DNA of 64,000 nucleotides, taken from positions 14,881 through 78,880 of the forward strand of contig JAZNKJ010000009.1 in the NCBI GenBank assembly GCA_045578465.1, in the 5' to 3' direction. Position 1 is the first letter of the stretch, and each line of letters begins with the position of its first letter. Under the pieces are notes generated by a model, which was not told where the DNA came from, ran no database searches, and saw nothing but the letters and a program-made list of their open reading frames with translations. Position numbers and translations under genes: made by a program. This DNA is from Clostridia bacterium. Its GTDB lineage: Bacteria > Bacillota > Clostridia > Monoglobales > Monoglobaceae. Shown one piece after another: positions 47,184 through 57,565 of the stretch.

Positions 47184-48197
47184 TTAGCCGAGTTCAGCAA
47201 AGTATTTGATTGTTCTAACCATCTGGCTTGTGTATGAGTTTTCGTTGTCATACCAAGAAACAACCTGAACTTCGTAAAGGTCATCAGCGATAGGAGCAAC
47301 CATTGTCTGAGTTGCATCAAAGAGTGAACCGTATGTGATACCAACGATATCAGAAGATACGATTTCGTCTTCGTTGTAACCAAAGGAAGCAGAAGAAGCA
47401 GCCTTCATAGCAGCGTTGATGCCTTCCTTAGTGATGTCCTTACCCTTAACAACAGCTGTAAGGATTGTTGTAGAACCTGTTGGAACCGGAACTCTCTGTG
47501 CAGCACCGATGAGCTTGCCGTTAAGTTCAGGAATAACAAGGCCGATAGCCTTAGCAGCACCTGTAGAGTTAGGAACGATGTTAACCGCACCAGCTCTTGC
47601 TCTTCTTAAATCGCCCTTTCTGTGAGGACCGTCTAAGATCATCTGGTCGCCTGTGTAAGCATGGATTGTAGCCATGATACCAGACTGGATTGGAGCGTAG
47701 TCGTTAAGAGCCTTAGCCATAGGAGCGAGGCAGTTTGTTGTACAAGAAGCAGCGGAAATGATAGTATCATCTTTTGTAAGAGTTCCTTCGTTTACGCTGA
47801 AAACAACTGTTTTAAGGTCGTTACCTGCTGGAGCAGAAATAACAACTTTCTTAGCACCTGCATCAATATGAGCCTGAGACTTTTCTTTGGAGCAGTAGAA
47901 ACCTGTACATTCAAGAACAACATCTACATTAAGAGCGCCCCAAGGACATTCCTTAGCGTCTTTGATAGCATAGATTTTAATTTCTTTTCCGTCAACTGTG
48001 ATGCTGTCATCACCAGCAACTACTGTATGACCGTCATATCTTCCCTGAGAAGAGTCATACTTTAAAAGATGCGCAAGCATCTTAGGATCTGTTAAGTCGT
48101 TGATTGCAACAACCTCATAACCTTCTGCACCAAACATCTGTCTGAATGCAAGACGACCGATACGGCCGAAACCATTGATAGCAACTTTAACTGCCAT
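47184..48197 (-). CDS. gap: type I glyceraldehyde-3-phosphate dehydrogenase
   Basis: 337-aa ORF with [10 protein letters not shown] and the catalytic SCTTNCLAP. Confidence 0.97.
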   Translation of the reverse strand: MAVKVAINGFGRIGRLAFRQMFGAEGYEVVAINDLTDPKMLAHLLKYDSSQGRYDGHTVVAGDDSITVDGKEIKIYAIKDAKECPWGALNVDVVLECTGFYCSKEKSQAHIDAGAKKVVISAPAGNDLKTVVFSVNEGTLTKDDTIISAASCTTNCLAPMAKALNDYAPIQSGIMATIHAYTGDQMILDGPHRKGDLRRARAGAVNIVPNSTGAAKAIGLVIPELNGKLIGAAQRVPVPTGSTTILTAVVKGKDITKEGINAAMKAASSASFGYNEDEIVSSDIVGITYGSLFDATQTMVAPIADDLYEVQVVSWYDNENSYTSQMVRTIKYFAELG

Positions 48198-48312
48198 TTC
48201 AAAATACCTCCAAAAATTTTTATTTTAAATTAAGATAATATTATTTTACACCATTTTGCCAAATTATACAAGTACTTTTTGGAAATTTGTTAAAAGTTTA
48301 ACCTATTTTATA

Positions 48313-49095
48313 TTATTGGTCGCTAAGCTTTGTTAAAAATGCCCGAGTTCTCTCGCTTTTCGGCGATTTTAAGACCTCTTCGGGCGTGCCTTCCTCTTCA
48401 ATAAGGCCGTCATCCATAAAGATTATCTTATCGCTTACTGCCTCTGCAAAGTCGATTTCGTGAGTTACTATAACCATAGTTGTTTTTTCCGATGCAAGCT
48501 TTCTTATAACCTTTAAGATTTCCCCTGTAAGCTCTGGGTCAAGAGCCGAGGTTGGCTCGTCAAAAAAGAGAATGGATGGCTTTAAAGCAAGAGCTCTTGC
48601 GATGGAAACTCTCTGCTTTTGCCCACCTGATAATTCGCAAGGGTAGCTGTCAATTTTATCTTTAAGACCCACACGGTCCAAAATTTCAATAGCTTCTTCG
48701 CGGATTTTATCAAAAAGCTCTTTCCTCTTTTTGCGGTCTTTTTTATACTCCTCTTTTGCGTGGAGCTTTGGCGCCAGCATAACATTGTCTAAAACTGTAT
48801 ACTGAGGGAAAAGGTTAAAATCCTGAAAAACAAGCCCGAAGTGGAGTTGTTTTTGTTGCATTTCCTTAGCGGAAATCTTTTCGCCTGCACGGAAAATAAC
48901 TTCTCCGTTAACCAAGAACTCGCCCTCGTCTGCAATTTCAAGAAGGTTTATGCAACGAAGAAGAGTGGTCTTTCCGCTTCCCGAAGAGCCGATTATGGAG
49001 AGAACCTGTCCCTTTTCTAAGGTAAGGTCTATTCCTTTTAAAACCTTGGTCTTTCCAAAGCTTTTATGTATATTTTTAAGCTCAAGTATTGACAT
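48313..49095 (-). CDS. amino acid ABC transporter ATP-binding protein
   Basis: 260-aa ORF with Walker A GSSGSGKTT, signature LSGGQKQR and Walker B ILFFDEPTSALD. Confidence 0.9.
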   Translation of the reverse strand: MSILELKNIHKSFGKTKVLKGIDLTLEKGQVLSIIGSSGSGKTTLLRCINLLEIADEGEFLVNGEVIFRAGEKISAKEMQQKQLHFGLVFQDFNLFPQYTVLDNVMLAPKLHAKEEYKKDRKKRKELFDKIREEAIEILDRVGLKDKIDSYPCELSGGQKQRVSIARALALKPSILFFDEPTSALDPELTGEILKVIRKLASEKTTMVIVTHEIDFAEAVSDKIIFMDDGLIEEEGTPEEVLKSPKSERTRAFLTKLSDQ

Positions 49096-49097
49096 AA

Positions 49098-49745
49098 TTA
49101 ACCTCTGTAATAATTCAATTTCTTCTCAACATACCCGAAAATGAGGGTAAGAATTCCGCAGAACGCCAGATAGAAAACTCCTGAATAGAAAAGGGGCCAT
49201 AAAATACCGCTGGCATTTGCAAGTCTTTTTGCGTTCCATATGATTTCATAAACCATAATGGTGTTTGCAAGAGAAGTGTCTTTGACCAAAGTCAGAAATT
49301 CGTTGCTCATAGGCGGAACAATCCGCTTAACAACCTGCATTAAAACCACCTTGAAAAAGGTCTGGGTTTTGGTAAGACCTAAAACCTGTCCTGCCTCATA
49401 CTGCCCTTTGGGTATGCTTTCAATGCCCCCTCGGAAAATCTCCGAAAAGTAGCAGGCATAGTTTATAACAAAAGCAATAATTGCGGCAACAAAGGTATTA
49501 ACCCCTTTTATGCCTATAAACCCGGGGCCAAAACCGAAAATTATAAGCTGGAGCATAAGAGGGGTTCCTCTTATAATCCATATAATGGTCCGAATCGGCC
49601 ATCTGATAACCTTAAAACGACTCATTGACCCAAAGGAGATAATAAGCCCTAAGGGGAGAGCCATAAGAAGAGTTAAGCCAAAAATCTCAAAGGTTGTGCT
49701 AAACCCTTCTAAAAGGTTTTTCGTAACAGTAATTAGCATTGACAT
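49098..49745 (-). CDS. amino acid ABC transporter permease (HisMQ family)
   Basis: 215-aa polytopic ORF with an EAA-like loop (ESIPKGQYEAGQVLGLT). Confidence 0.88.
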   Translation of the reverse strand: MSMLITVTKNLLEGFSTTFEIFGLTLLMALPLGLIISFGSMSRFKVIRWPIRTIIWIIRGTPLMLQLIIFGFGPGFIGIKGVNTFVAAIIAFVINYACYFSEIFRGGIESIPKGQYEAGQVLGLTKTQTFFKVVLMQVVKRIVPPMSNEFLTLVKDTSLANTIMVYEIIWNAKRLANASGILWPLFYSGVFYLAFCGILTLIFGYVEKKLNYYRG

Positions 49746-49773
49746 AGTGACACCTTAAAATTTCAATTAGTTA

Positions 49774-50526
49774 TTATAAAGCGAGGTTAAGACCGTATTT
49801 TTCAGCGAGAGCATCAAGTGTTCCGTCTGCTTTGAGTTCATCAATTGCAGCGTTAACACTGTCTAAAAGCTCTGTATCTTCAGGTCTGAAACCGATACCA
49901 TATTCTTCGGATGTAAGCTCAACAGCATAAGAGAATGTGTCATAGCTTGTGCCATCTTTTGTCATTGTCTTTGCCATTGTTATATCGATAACGCAAGCGT
50001 CAGCCTGACCGCCTTTAACAGCTAAGAGAGCGTCCTGCTGTGTTGCAACTGCAACATAGTTTTTATCAAGTCCGTTTTCCTTGATTGCAGCTTCGCCGGC
50101 AGAGCCTGCTTCTGCTGTAAATTTAAGGTCTTTCATAGATTCAGCATCAGCATATTTTTCAATCATATCTTCTGCCATAACAACAACCTGTGCGTTCTTA
50201 ACATAAGCCTTGGAAACAGCACAGTTAGCCTTAACATCGTCAGAAATTGTCATACCGTTCCAGATACAGTCAATCTGGTCAGACTTTAAGATAGCAAACT
50301 TTGTGTCCCAGTTGATTTCAACGAATTCAGGAGTTTTGCCAAGCTTTTCGCAAACAGCCTCAGCAAATTCTGTGTCAAAACCTGTTAAAGAACCGTCTTC
50401 AGCTAAGAAATTCATTGGCTCATAAATTGTGTAACCGATAACGAGCTTGTCGTCACCCTTTTCGCCGCATGCGCAAAAAGCGAAAACCATAACTGCTGCC
50501 ATAAGTAAAGCAATAATTTTTTTCAT
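49774..50526 (-). CDS. amino acid ABC transporter substrate-binding lipoprotein (SBP family 3)
   Basis: 250-aa ORF with a lipobox (VFAFCACG) and a periplasmic-binding type 3 pattern (GFDTEFAEAV..). Confidence 0.85.
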   Translation of the reverse strand: MKKIIALLMAAVMVFAFCACGEKGDDKLVIGYTIYEPMNFLAEDGSLTGFDTEFAEAVCEKLGKTPEFVEINWDTKFAILKSDQIDCIWNGMTISDDVKANCAVSKAYVKNAQVVVMAEDMIEKYADAESMKDLKFTAEAGSAGEAAIKENGLDKNYVAVATQQDALLAVKGGQADACVIDITMAKTMTKDGTSYDTFSYAVELTSEEYGIGFRPEDTELLDSVNAAIDELKADGTLDALAEKYGLNLAL

Positions 50527-50658
50527 AATAAATTCCTCCTATGTGTCAGTGCACAAAAATATAGGAACATTATAACACAGTATGAAAAATTTTGCAACAG
50601 ATATTCTTTACATTTAGCAAAAAATATGTTATAAATAAAGGCAGGAGAGTGAAAAAAT

Positions 50659-51243
50659 ATGGAATTTGTATTGGCAAGCCAGAATAAGCATAAGGCTGTC
50701 GAAATTGAGAATATATTAGGCGAGGGTTTTTTCATTATAACAATGGACGAAACAAAGGCGAAAGGCCTTGACATAATCGAGGACGGAGAAACATTCGAGG
50801 AAAACGCTTTAATCAAGGCAAGAACAGTTGCAAAAATCACAAATCTTCCAACCATTGCCGACGATAGCGGTCTTTGCGTTGAGTATCTCGGCGGTGCGCC
50901 TGGGGTTTATACTGCAAGATATGCAGGGGAGGGCGCAACGGACGATGAGAATATAGACAAGCTTTTAGACGCACTTGCGGGCGTTCCCGAAGAAAAAAGA
51001 GGGGCATATTTTGCCTGTGCAATTGCAGTTGTTTTTCCAGACGGAGAAGAAAAAACTTTCTTTGGAAAGTGCGACGGAAGAATTTTAGAGGAAAGACGAG
51101 GAGCAAACGGCTTTGGCTATGACCCGATTTTCTTTGCTTTCGAATATAATATGTCTATGGCGGAGATTCCGATGGAAGATAAAAACAAAATAAGCCATAG
51201 AAGCCGAGCGCTCTCGGAAATGATGAAAGGATTGAAAGAGTAA
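50659..51243 (+). CDS. rdgB: non-canonical purine NTP pyrophosphatase (RdgB/HAM1 family)
   Basis: 194-aa ORF with LASQNKHKAVE..ETFEENALIKA..DDSGLCV..GFGYDPIF..SHR. Confidence 0.92.
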   Translation: MEFVLASQNKHKAVEIENILGEGFFIITMDETKAKGLDIIEDGETFEENALIKARTVAKITNLPTIADDSGLCVEYLGGAPGVYTARYAGEGATDDENIDKLLDALAGVPEEKRGAYFACAIAVVFPDGEEKTFFGKCDGRILEERRGANGFGYDPIFFAFEYNMSMAEIPMEDKNKISHRSRALSEMMKGLKE

Positions 51244-51969
51244 GTGAAACGGATTTTAAGTCATATGCGCCGTGCAATTGATGACTATGAAATGATAAAA
51301 GACGGCGATATTATTGCTGTTGGAATTTCAGGGGGCAAGGACTCTCTTGCGCTTCTTTATGCCCTTTCTCAGTATCACCATTTTGCGAATAAGGACTTTT
51401 CCCTTAAAGCCATAACGATTGATATGGGCTTTGGAATGGACTATTCCTCAATAGAAAAATTCTGTGAGGAAATTGATGTTCCTTACATAGTCAAGAAAAC
51501 GGAAATAAGTCAGGTTTTATTTGATATAAGAAAAGAAAGCAACCCCTGTTCTCTTTGCGCCAAAATGCGTCGGGGTGCTCTTTGCGAGCTTGCAAAGGAA
51601 ATAGGTTGCAACAAGGTGGCATTAGGGCATCATCAGGAGGATGTTATTGAAACATTTTTCCTCTCCCTTTTCTATGAGGGACGCCTTAACACCTTCGCTC
51701 CCGTTACCTATCTTTCACGAACAGATATGTTTGTTATCCGCCCGTTTATCTATGTTCCCGAGGGGGACATAAAGGGGGCATCTTCCCGTCTTGAATTCCC
51801 TGTTGTTAAGAATTTATGCCCAATGGACGGAGTTTCCAAAAGGCAGGATATGAAAGATTTTATAAACGAGAAAAATAAGGGCGACCACCACTTTAAAACA
51901 AGAATGATGCACGCTATTAAAAGCGGACTTGAGCCTTGGAAAACTGAGGCGGAAAAGGGGCAGGAGTAA
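51244..51969 (+). CDS. PP-loop ATPase, TtcA-like tRNA 2-thiocytidine synthetase family
   Basis: 241-aa ORF from a GTG start; an ATG at 51265 is also possible. Contains the SGGKDS PP-loop and CSLC cysteine motifs. Confidence 0.8.
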   Translation: MKRILSHMRRAIDDYEMIKDGDIIAVGISGGKDSLALLYALSQYHHFANKDFSLKAITIDMGFGMDYSSIEKFCEEIDVPYIVKKTEISQVLFDIRKESNPCSLCAKMRRGALCELAKEIGCNKVALGHHQEDVIETFFLSLFYEGRLNTFAPVTYLSRTDMFVIRPFIYVPEGDIKGASSRLEFPVVKNLCPMDGVSKRQDMKDFINEKNKGDHHFKTRMMHAIKSGLEPWKTEAEKGQE

Positions 51970-52712
51970 TGATTTATCCATACGAGAGGCTTGACGATTT
52001 GCAAACGGGAGGCCTTAAACTTATCCAGAACCCAAACTGGTTTTGTTTCGGGGTTGACGCGGTTTTGCTTTCTGATTTTGCCGCAAAAGGTATTAAAAAG
52101 GATGCCAAGGTGTTAGACCTTTGCTCAGGGAGCGGGATTATCCCCATTTTGCTTACAAGAAAAAGCCTTGCCAAAGCCATAACGGGCCTTGAAATCCAGG
52201 AAGAAGTCTGTGATATGGCAAAAAGAAGCGTTGAGCTTAACTCTCTTTCGGATAAAGTGGAAATGCTTTGCGGAGATTTAAAGGACGGCGTAAAACTTTT
52301 CGGGAAAAGCAGTTTTGACAATATAAGTTGCAACCCGCCGTATAAGGAAAACCTTGGCGGACTTAAAAACAAAGAAGACAATATGACAATTTCAAGGCAT
52401 GAAGTTTTATGCTCTCTTGAAGATATAATTTCTGTTTCAGCAGACCTTTTAAAGCCTTACGGAAAACTTGCTTTAATTCATCGCCCTGAAAGACTTGCAG
52501 ACATTTTGTGTCTTATGCGAAAGTATAAAATCGAGCCGAAAAGACTTCGATTTGTTCACCCCTCTCCAACTAAAACCGCAACAATGATTCTTATAGAGGG
52601 GGCAAAATGCGGAAAGCCAAAACTCTTTTTGGACCCGCCTCTTTATGTTCACGACGAAAAAGGAAACTATACAGATGAAATAAACGAAATTTACGGAAGG
52701 GATAAGGAATGA
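51969..52712 (+). CDS. SAM-dependent methyltransferase, tRNA (adenine37-N6) TrmN6/YabB-like
   Basis: 247-aa ORF with the SAM motif VLDLCSGSG and the catalytic NPPY. It precedes rsmI, as yabB does in Bacillus. Confidence 0.75.
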   Translation: MIYPYERLDDLQTGGLKLIQNPNWFCFGVDAVLLSDFAAKGIKKDAKVLDLCSGSGIIPILLTRKSLAKAITGLEIQEEVCDMAKRSVELNSLSDKVEMLCGDLKDGVKLFGKSSFDNISCNPPYKENLGGLKNKEDNMTISRHEVLCSLEDIISVSADLLKPYGKLALIHRPERLADILCLMRKYKIEPKRLRFVHPSPTKTATMILIEGAKCGKPKLFLDPPLYVHDEKGNYTDEINEIYGRDKE

Positions 52713-53557
52713 GCGGAACACTCTATATATGCGGAACACCCATAGGAAACCTTGGGGACATAACCATAAGAGCTCTTGAAACCTTGAAGACGGTGGATAT
52801 AATCGCCGCCGAGGATACAAGAAACACCTTAAAGCTCTTAAATCATTTTGAGATAAAGGCCCCTCTTATGAGTTATCACGAGCATAACAAGGAAAGCGCA
52901 GGGAAAGAGCTTTTAAAGCTTTTAACAGAGGGCAAGAATATTGCACTTGTGTCGGATGCGGGCATGCCCGTCATTTCTGACCCTGGGGAAGAACTTGTTA
53001 AACTCTGCATTGAAAACGATATTGAAATCGTAACCCTCTGCGGCCCAACCGCCTTTACAACGGCTCTGGTTTACAGCGGAATTTCAGGAAGAAGATTTTC
53101 CTTTGAGGGCTTTCTGCCTGTTCCTAAAAAAGAGAGGTCAGCCCAGCTTGAAGAAGTTAAAAACGATACAAGGACACTTATTTTCTATGAGGCACCTCAT
53201 AAGCTCCTTAAAACTCTTTCCGATTTGAAAGATGCTTTGGGAAACAGAAAGATTGCGGTTTGCCGTGAGCTTACTAAAAGGTATGAGGAGATAATCAGGG
53301 GGGATATTGAATCCGCCATTTCTCATTTTGAAGAAACCTCTCCAAAAGGGGAATTTGTTCTGGTTGTGGAAGGGGCAAACGAGGAAGAAATCCTCAGAGA
53401 AAAACGGGAAAATCTTCCCTCTCCCGAAGAACTTTTGAAGCTAAGGCAAAGCGAAACTCTCTATGGTAAAGAGCTTGTAAAAGCCGTTGCTCAGGAGCTT
53501 AATATTCCAAAGAGAGAGGTTTATGAAATATATCTTAAAATGGAGAAGAAACAATGA
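52709..53557 (+). CDS. rsmI: 16S rRNA (cytidine1402-2'-O)-methyltransferase
   Basis: 282-aa ORF. GTLYICGTPIGNLGDIT..AAEDTR.. is the tetrapyrrole-methylase-fold RsmI signature. Confidence 0.92.
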   Translation: MSGTLYICGTPIGNLGDITIRALETLKTVDIIAAEDTRNTLKLLNHFEIKAPLMSYHEHNKESAGKELLKLLTEGKNIALVSDAGMPVISDPGEELVKLCIENDIEIVTLCGPTAFTTALVYSGISGRRFSFEGFLPVPKKERSAQLEEVKNDTRTLIFYEAPHKLLKTLSDLKDALGNRKIAVCRELTKRYEEIIRGDIESAISHFEETSPKGEFVLVVEGANEEEILREKRENLPSPEELLKLRQSETLYGKELVKAVAQELNIPKREVYEIYLKMEKKQ

Positions 53558-54456
53558 TTTATACAGTAACCCTAAACCCTGCAATTGACTATATTGCAAC
53601 CACAACGGATTTTAATTTGGGCGAGCTTAACTATGCCGATTCTGCTCAGATGACTTTCGGCGGAAAAGGTCTTAATGTGTCTGCGGTTTTGTCAACCCTT
53701 GATGTGCCTAATATCGCCCTGGGCTTTATAGGTGGTTTTACAGGAGATGCCATTATAAAAATGGCGGAAGATGCTGGGGTAAAGTGCGACTTTATCCGTT
53801 TAGAGGGTCAGAATTCAAGAATAAATGTTAAAATTAAAAGCGGAGAGGAAACCGAACTTAACGGGAAAGGCCCCGTTGTTTCAGGCACCGCTCTTAACGC
53901 TCTATACAGTAAGCTTGGCGAATTAAAAGAGGGGGACATTCTTGTTTTATCAGGAAGCGTCCCAAATGGAATTTCCCCAACAATTTATATGGATTTAATG
54001 TCAAGACTTCCGAAAGGGGTTAAGACTGTTGTTGATGCCTCAGGTCAGGCCCTTAAAAATGCTCTAAGCTGTAAACCTTACCTTATAAAGCCAAATGCTC
54101 ACGAGCTTGGGGATATTTACGGGGTAAAAATTGAAGTTAAAACCGATGCGGTGTTCTATGGAAGAAAGCTCATTGATGCCGGAGCGGAAAATGTTCTTGT
54201 TTCTCTTGGCGGTGGGGGAGCGGTCCTTGTAACACGCGATGAGGCTTATGAAATGAACGCCCCTGAGGGAGAGGCGTTAAACTCTGTGGGAGCAGGGGAC
54301 TCAATGGTGGCAGGCTTCCTTACAGCCATCGTAAACGGCGAGGGGCTTCTTGACGCTTTAAGACTTGGAATCTGCGCAGGGTCAGCAACGGCTTTTTCGG
54401 AAACTCTTGCAACAAAGGACGAAATTTTGAAACTTTTAAACGCAGAGCTTCGCTAA
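53554..54456 (+). CDS. pfkB: 1-phosphofructokinase family hexose kinase (PfkB/FruK)
   Basis: 300-aa ORF with MIYTVTLNPAIDY.. and GAGDSMVAGF. Confidence 0.88.
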   Translation: MIYTVTLNPAIDYIATTTDFNLGELNYADSAQMTFGGKGLNVSAVLSTLDVPNIALGFIGGFTGDAIIKMAEDAGVKCDFIRLEGQNSRINVKIKSGEETELNGKGPVVSGTALNALYSKLGELKEGDILVLSGSVPNGISPTIYMDLMSRLPKGVKTVVDASGQALKNALSCKPYLIKPNAHELGDIYGVKIEVKTDAVFYGRKLIDAGAENVLVSLGGGGAVLVTRDEAYEMNAPEGEALNSVGAGDSMVAGFLTAIVNGEGLLDALRLGICAGSATAFSETLATKDEILKLLNAELR

Positions 54457-54527
54457 ATTGACTTTTTTGAAAATAAGGGTATAATATAAACAGAAGAAAA
54501 GACAAAGTTAAGTTAAGGAGAACGGTT

Positions 54528-56465
54528 ATGAAAGGGATTATAAGAATATCGGCTGTTGTGCCGGAAATTTCCGTTGGGAATGTGGACAAAAACCTTGCGG
54601 AGATTATGGAAAAAATTAAAGAGGCGAGAGAAAACGGGGCAAGGATTGTTCTCTTCCCTGAGCTTTCTTTGTGCGGGTATACCTGCGCCGATTTGTTCTT
54701 TCAGAAAACCCTTATTTCATCTTCTTATAAAGCAATAAAACGGGTTGCAAGCTTAACTTTGGAACAGGATATAACAGTAGTTTTAGGTGCGCCTTTAATG
54801 TATAAAGGAAGGCTCTTTGACTGCGCATTTGTTATTGCAAAAGGTAAGGTTTTAGGCGTTGTCCCGAAATCCACTATAAAGAACTATGAAGGCTTTTCGG
54901 AAAAGAGATATTTTGCATCAGGGGAAGGCGTAAGAGAAATAATTTCCTCAAAAGAGCTTATGTTTAAGGACGAATATGACATTCCTTTCGGGGAGGATTT
55001 GATTTTCTCCCTTGGCGGTGCAAGATTCGGAATTGAAATCGGAGAAGACTTAATGTCTCCCGTTCAAATAAGCAGTCTTTTATCCCTTGGCGGAGCGGAA
55101 ATAATCTTAAACCCCGGCGCAAACAACGAAACCGTTGGGAGTCGCGAAAAAACCGAAGACGCAATAAGAGAGGCTTCAAGAAGAAACCTCTGCGCCTATG
55201 CTTTTGCATCCGTTGGGGCAACAGAATCAACCTCTGATATGGTTTTCTCAGGACAGATTTGCGCTTACGAGAGAGGCAATCTTGTTACTAAAAACGAAAC
55301 AGTTGCGGCGGAAGAAGATATGCTCTTTATGGATATTGACCTTGACAAAATAAGGGCGGACCGTCTTAAAAATACAACCTTTAAGGATTTTATTGATGCA
55401 GAACAAAACGAGTTTTGCGAGATTTTAATTGATGTCGAGGAAGAGGAAAACGACGGCAGATTTTTGAAGGTAAAAAAAACTCCCTTTATCCCAGAGGATA
55501 AAGAGGAGCGAGAAAAAAGATGCAAAGAAATATTTGAAGTTCAGGCAAAAGGCCTTGCAAAACGCCTTAAAATAACAGGCGGAAAGGCGGTTATCGGCAT
55601 ATCAGGAGGCCTTGACTCAACTCTTGCCCTTTTGGTTTGCACAAGGGCAATGGATATTCTTGGACTTCCAAGAGAAAATATTTTCGCCCTTACTATGCCT
55701 GCTTTCGGCACATCAGGAAGAACATATAACAACGCCAAAAAGCTTATGGAAGCTTTGGGAGTAACGGCGAAAGAAATAGATATAAAAGATGCCTGCCTCA
55801 AACATTTTGAGGACATCGGACACGACAAAGAAAAACTCGATTTGACCTATGAAAATGCTCAGGCAAGAGAAAGAACCCAGGTCTTGATGGACTATGCGGG
55901 CGAAGTCGGCGGTATCGTTGTGGGCACAGGAGATTTAAGCGAAATGGCGCTTGGCTGGTGCACCTATAACGGCGACCATATGAGTATGTATAGCGTGAAC
56001 TGCGGAATTCCCAAAACTTTGATTTTTGAGATTGTTAAAACCCTTTCTATGACGGAAGCTTTTGAAAATGCAAAAGAGGTTTTAGAGGATGTTGTTGACA
56101 CACCCGTAAGTCCCGAGCTTTTGCCTCCCGATAAAAAAGGTGAGATTTCTCAGGAAACGGAAAGTCTTGTTGGGCCGTATATTCTCCACGATTTCTTTAT
56201 ATATAATGTCATCCGTTTCGGATTTTCTCCAAGCAAGATTTTTGAAATGGCGAAAATCGCCTTTAAGGATGATTTTTCAGAAGAAATCCTATTAAAATGG
56301 CTTAAAAATTTCTATAAGAGATTTTTCACTCAGCAATTTAAAAGAAACTGCGTCCCCGACGGGATTAAAATAGGAAGCGTTGGCCTTTCTCCAAGAGGCG
56401 ACTTCTCTATGCCGTCTGACGCGGCAGCAGACATCTGGCTCCGCGAAGCCGAAAATTTAATATAA
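54528..56465 (+). CDS. nadE: NAD+ synthase (glutamine-dependent, long form)
   Basis: 645-aa ORF with an N-terminal nitrilase-like CN-hydrolase domain and a C-terminal synthetase with the PP-loop GISGGLDS. Confidence 0.9.
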   Translation: MKGIIRISAVVPEISVGNVDKNLAEIMEKIKEARENGARIVLFPELSLCGYTCADLFFQKTLISSSYKAIKRVASLTLEQDITVVLGAPLMYKGRLFDCAFVIAKGKVLGVVPKSTIKNYEGFSEKRYFASGEGVREIISSKELMFKDEYDIPFGEDLIFSLGGARFGIEIGEDLMSPVQISSLLSLGGAEIILNPGANNETVGSREKTEDAIREASRRNLCAYAFASVGATESTSDMVFSGQICAYERGNLVTKNETVAAEEDMLFMDIDLDKIRADRLKNTTFKDFIDAEQNEFCEILIDVEEEENDGRFLKVKKTPFIPEDKEEREKRCKEIFEVQAKGLAKRLKITGGKAVIGISGGLDSTLALLVCTRAMDILGLPRENIFALTMPAFGTSGRTYNNAKKLMEALGVTAKEIDIKDACLKHFEDIGHDKEKLDLTYENAQARERTQVLMDYAGEVGGIVVGTGDLSEMALGWCTYNGDHMSMYSVNCGIPKTLIFEIVKTLSMTEAFENAKEVLEDVVDTPVSPELLPPDKKGEISQETESLVGPYILHDFFIYNVIRFGFSPSKIFEMAKIAFKDDFSEEILLKWLKNFYKRFFTQQFKRNCVPDGIKIGSVGLSPRGDFSMPSDAAADIWLREAENLI

Positions 56466-56469
56466 AAAT

Positions 56470-56502
56470 AAAAGAGCTTTGAATTCTCAAAGCTCTTTTT
56501 TG
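56470..56502 (+). terminator. intrinsic terminator of nadE
   Basis: Palindrome AAAGAGCTTTGAATTCTCAAAGCTCTTT followed by a T-run. Confidence 0.75.
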
Positions 56503-56746
56503 TGTTTAAAATAAGGGATGAGCAGGAAGAAATCGGTGTTATAGACAGTGGTTTTGAAGAAATATACATACCCGCTGTTACTATGCCTGTGACCTTGAAC
56601 ATGGGGACAGCTTAAAGAATTTTGATAAGATGTTTTAGTTTCAAGAGAGAGAAGTGTTTTTATTTGTTGAAGAAATTCCTTATATAAAAACCATCCGGTG
56701 AAAACACTCCTTCAAAAAAGTCAGCGGATTTATACTGTGAGAGATT

Positions 56747-57030
56747 TTATATGTCTATTGTCAGATCTGAGTCTATAATATCGTTAATCGACTTCTCGCC
56801 GGAAACAATCGTCAATCCATTTTCTCCGCCTTGTAGTTTTCCTTCGATAGTGTCATAAATAAGCGGACAATTTTCGTGCTTATCTTTGACTTCAACAGAA
56901 AAATTTTCCGGTCGATTATTTTCAGGCTCTCTATGAAAGTTTGTTCTCTATCCTTTATGGAATCAAAAAAATCTTCTAAAATGTTGCTTCCAATGTGGGC
57001 AACGAATTCAAAATTTAGAGAAAACTCTTG
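56747..57030 (-). pseudogene. C-terminal remnant of an unidentified gene (no start codon, one frameshift)
   Basis: Minus-strand translation reads ..LNFEFVAHIGSNILEDFFDSIKDREQTFIESLKIIDR. A frame change follows at the A5T5 run near 56897..56912. It then reads ENFSVEVKDKHENCPLIYDTIEGKLQGGENGLTIVSGEKSINDIIDSDLTIDI before a stop. The composition is protein-like, but there is no start and the upstream part is replaced by the divergent cassette. Confidence 0.4.
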
Positions 57031-57056
57031 AAAAATTAAATGGAGAGTGATACAAT
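57028..57056 (+). promoter_or_regulatory. sigma-A type promoter of the two-ORF cassette
   Basis: TTGAAA (57028..57033), 17-nt spacer, TGaTACAAT extended -10 (TACAAT 57051..57056). Confidence 0.6.
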
Positions 57057-57088
57057 AAAGGTGAAAAAAGTGAAAGCGAGTCGATATA

Positions 57089-57565
57089 ATGAATGAGCAC
57101 GTTGAACAAAGCTTTGTTGGTTCATCAGAAAGTGGTGTGACAAAATATTTAGATTTTTGTTATTTAGATAATATTATCGGAAAACCATTATTGAAAAGAG
57201 AAATTCAATCTATTATTCAATTAGCAGAAAAAGGGCTTTTGGATGATGCATATTCAAAAACGGTTAACATGTTGATGATAATTCTTGCTGAATATATTGC
57301 TCCCAAATTAGACAAAAAAGAGTATTTCTCATTTTATGATGCAATAGAGTATTTAATCATCCATTCAGAGAAGGAAATAGCGGGTGCATTAACTTCAATA
57401 AATGGCGAGTTTAACTTTGTCGAGGAAATAAATGAAATGGCATTGTTTTATTTGCTTTCGTTAGTAACTTATACATACGATATGCTACTTGATAGATATG
57501 GCGAAATGGAGTTTATGGATGAAGGGGCGCCAAGAACTAAGAAAGGAACAAAAAATGAATTATGA
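57089..57565 (+). CDS. hypothetical helical protein, faint sigma-70 region 1.2/2-like
   Basis: 158-aa ORF. By eye, VTKYLD..IGKPLLKREIQSIIQLAEKG..NMLMIILAEYI..FSFYDAIEY is colinear with SigA regions 1.2-2.2, but the 2.3/2.4 residues are not conserved. The stop overlaps the start of the next ORF. Confidence 0.55.
   Translation: MNEHVEQSFVGSSESGVTKYLDFCYLDNIIGKPLLKREIQSIIQLAEKGLLDDAYSKTVNMLMIILAEYIAPKLDKKEYFSFYDAIEYLIIHSEKEIAGALTSINGEFNFVEEINEMALFYLLSLVTYTYDMLLDRYGEMEFMDEGAPRTKKGTKNEL

Noticed and set aside
50523-50855. A 110-aa minus-strand ORF spanning the ABC-rdgB intergenic region.
   Set aside because: It runs antisense through the rdgB 5' end and its promoter. It has no RBS and its sequence looks non-conserved.
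56466-56620. A direct repeat of the tRNA-Leu(CAG) 3' end that would mark the distal att site of an integrated element.
   Set aside because: Only a weak GGATGA-type resemblance is present (56516..56535), with no convincing match of 12 nt or more. The island interpretation therefore rests on context only.
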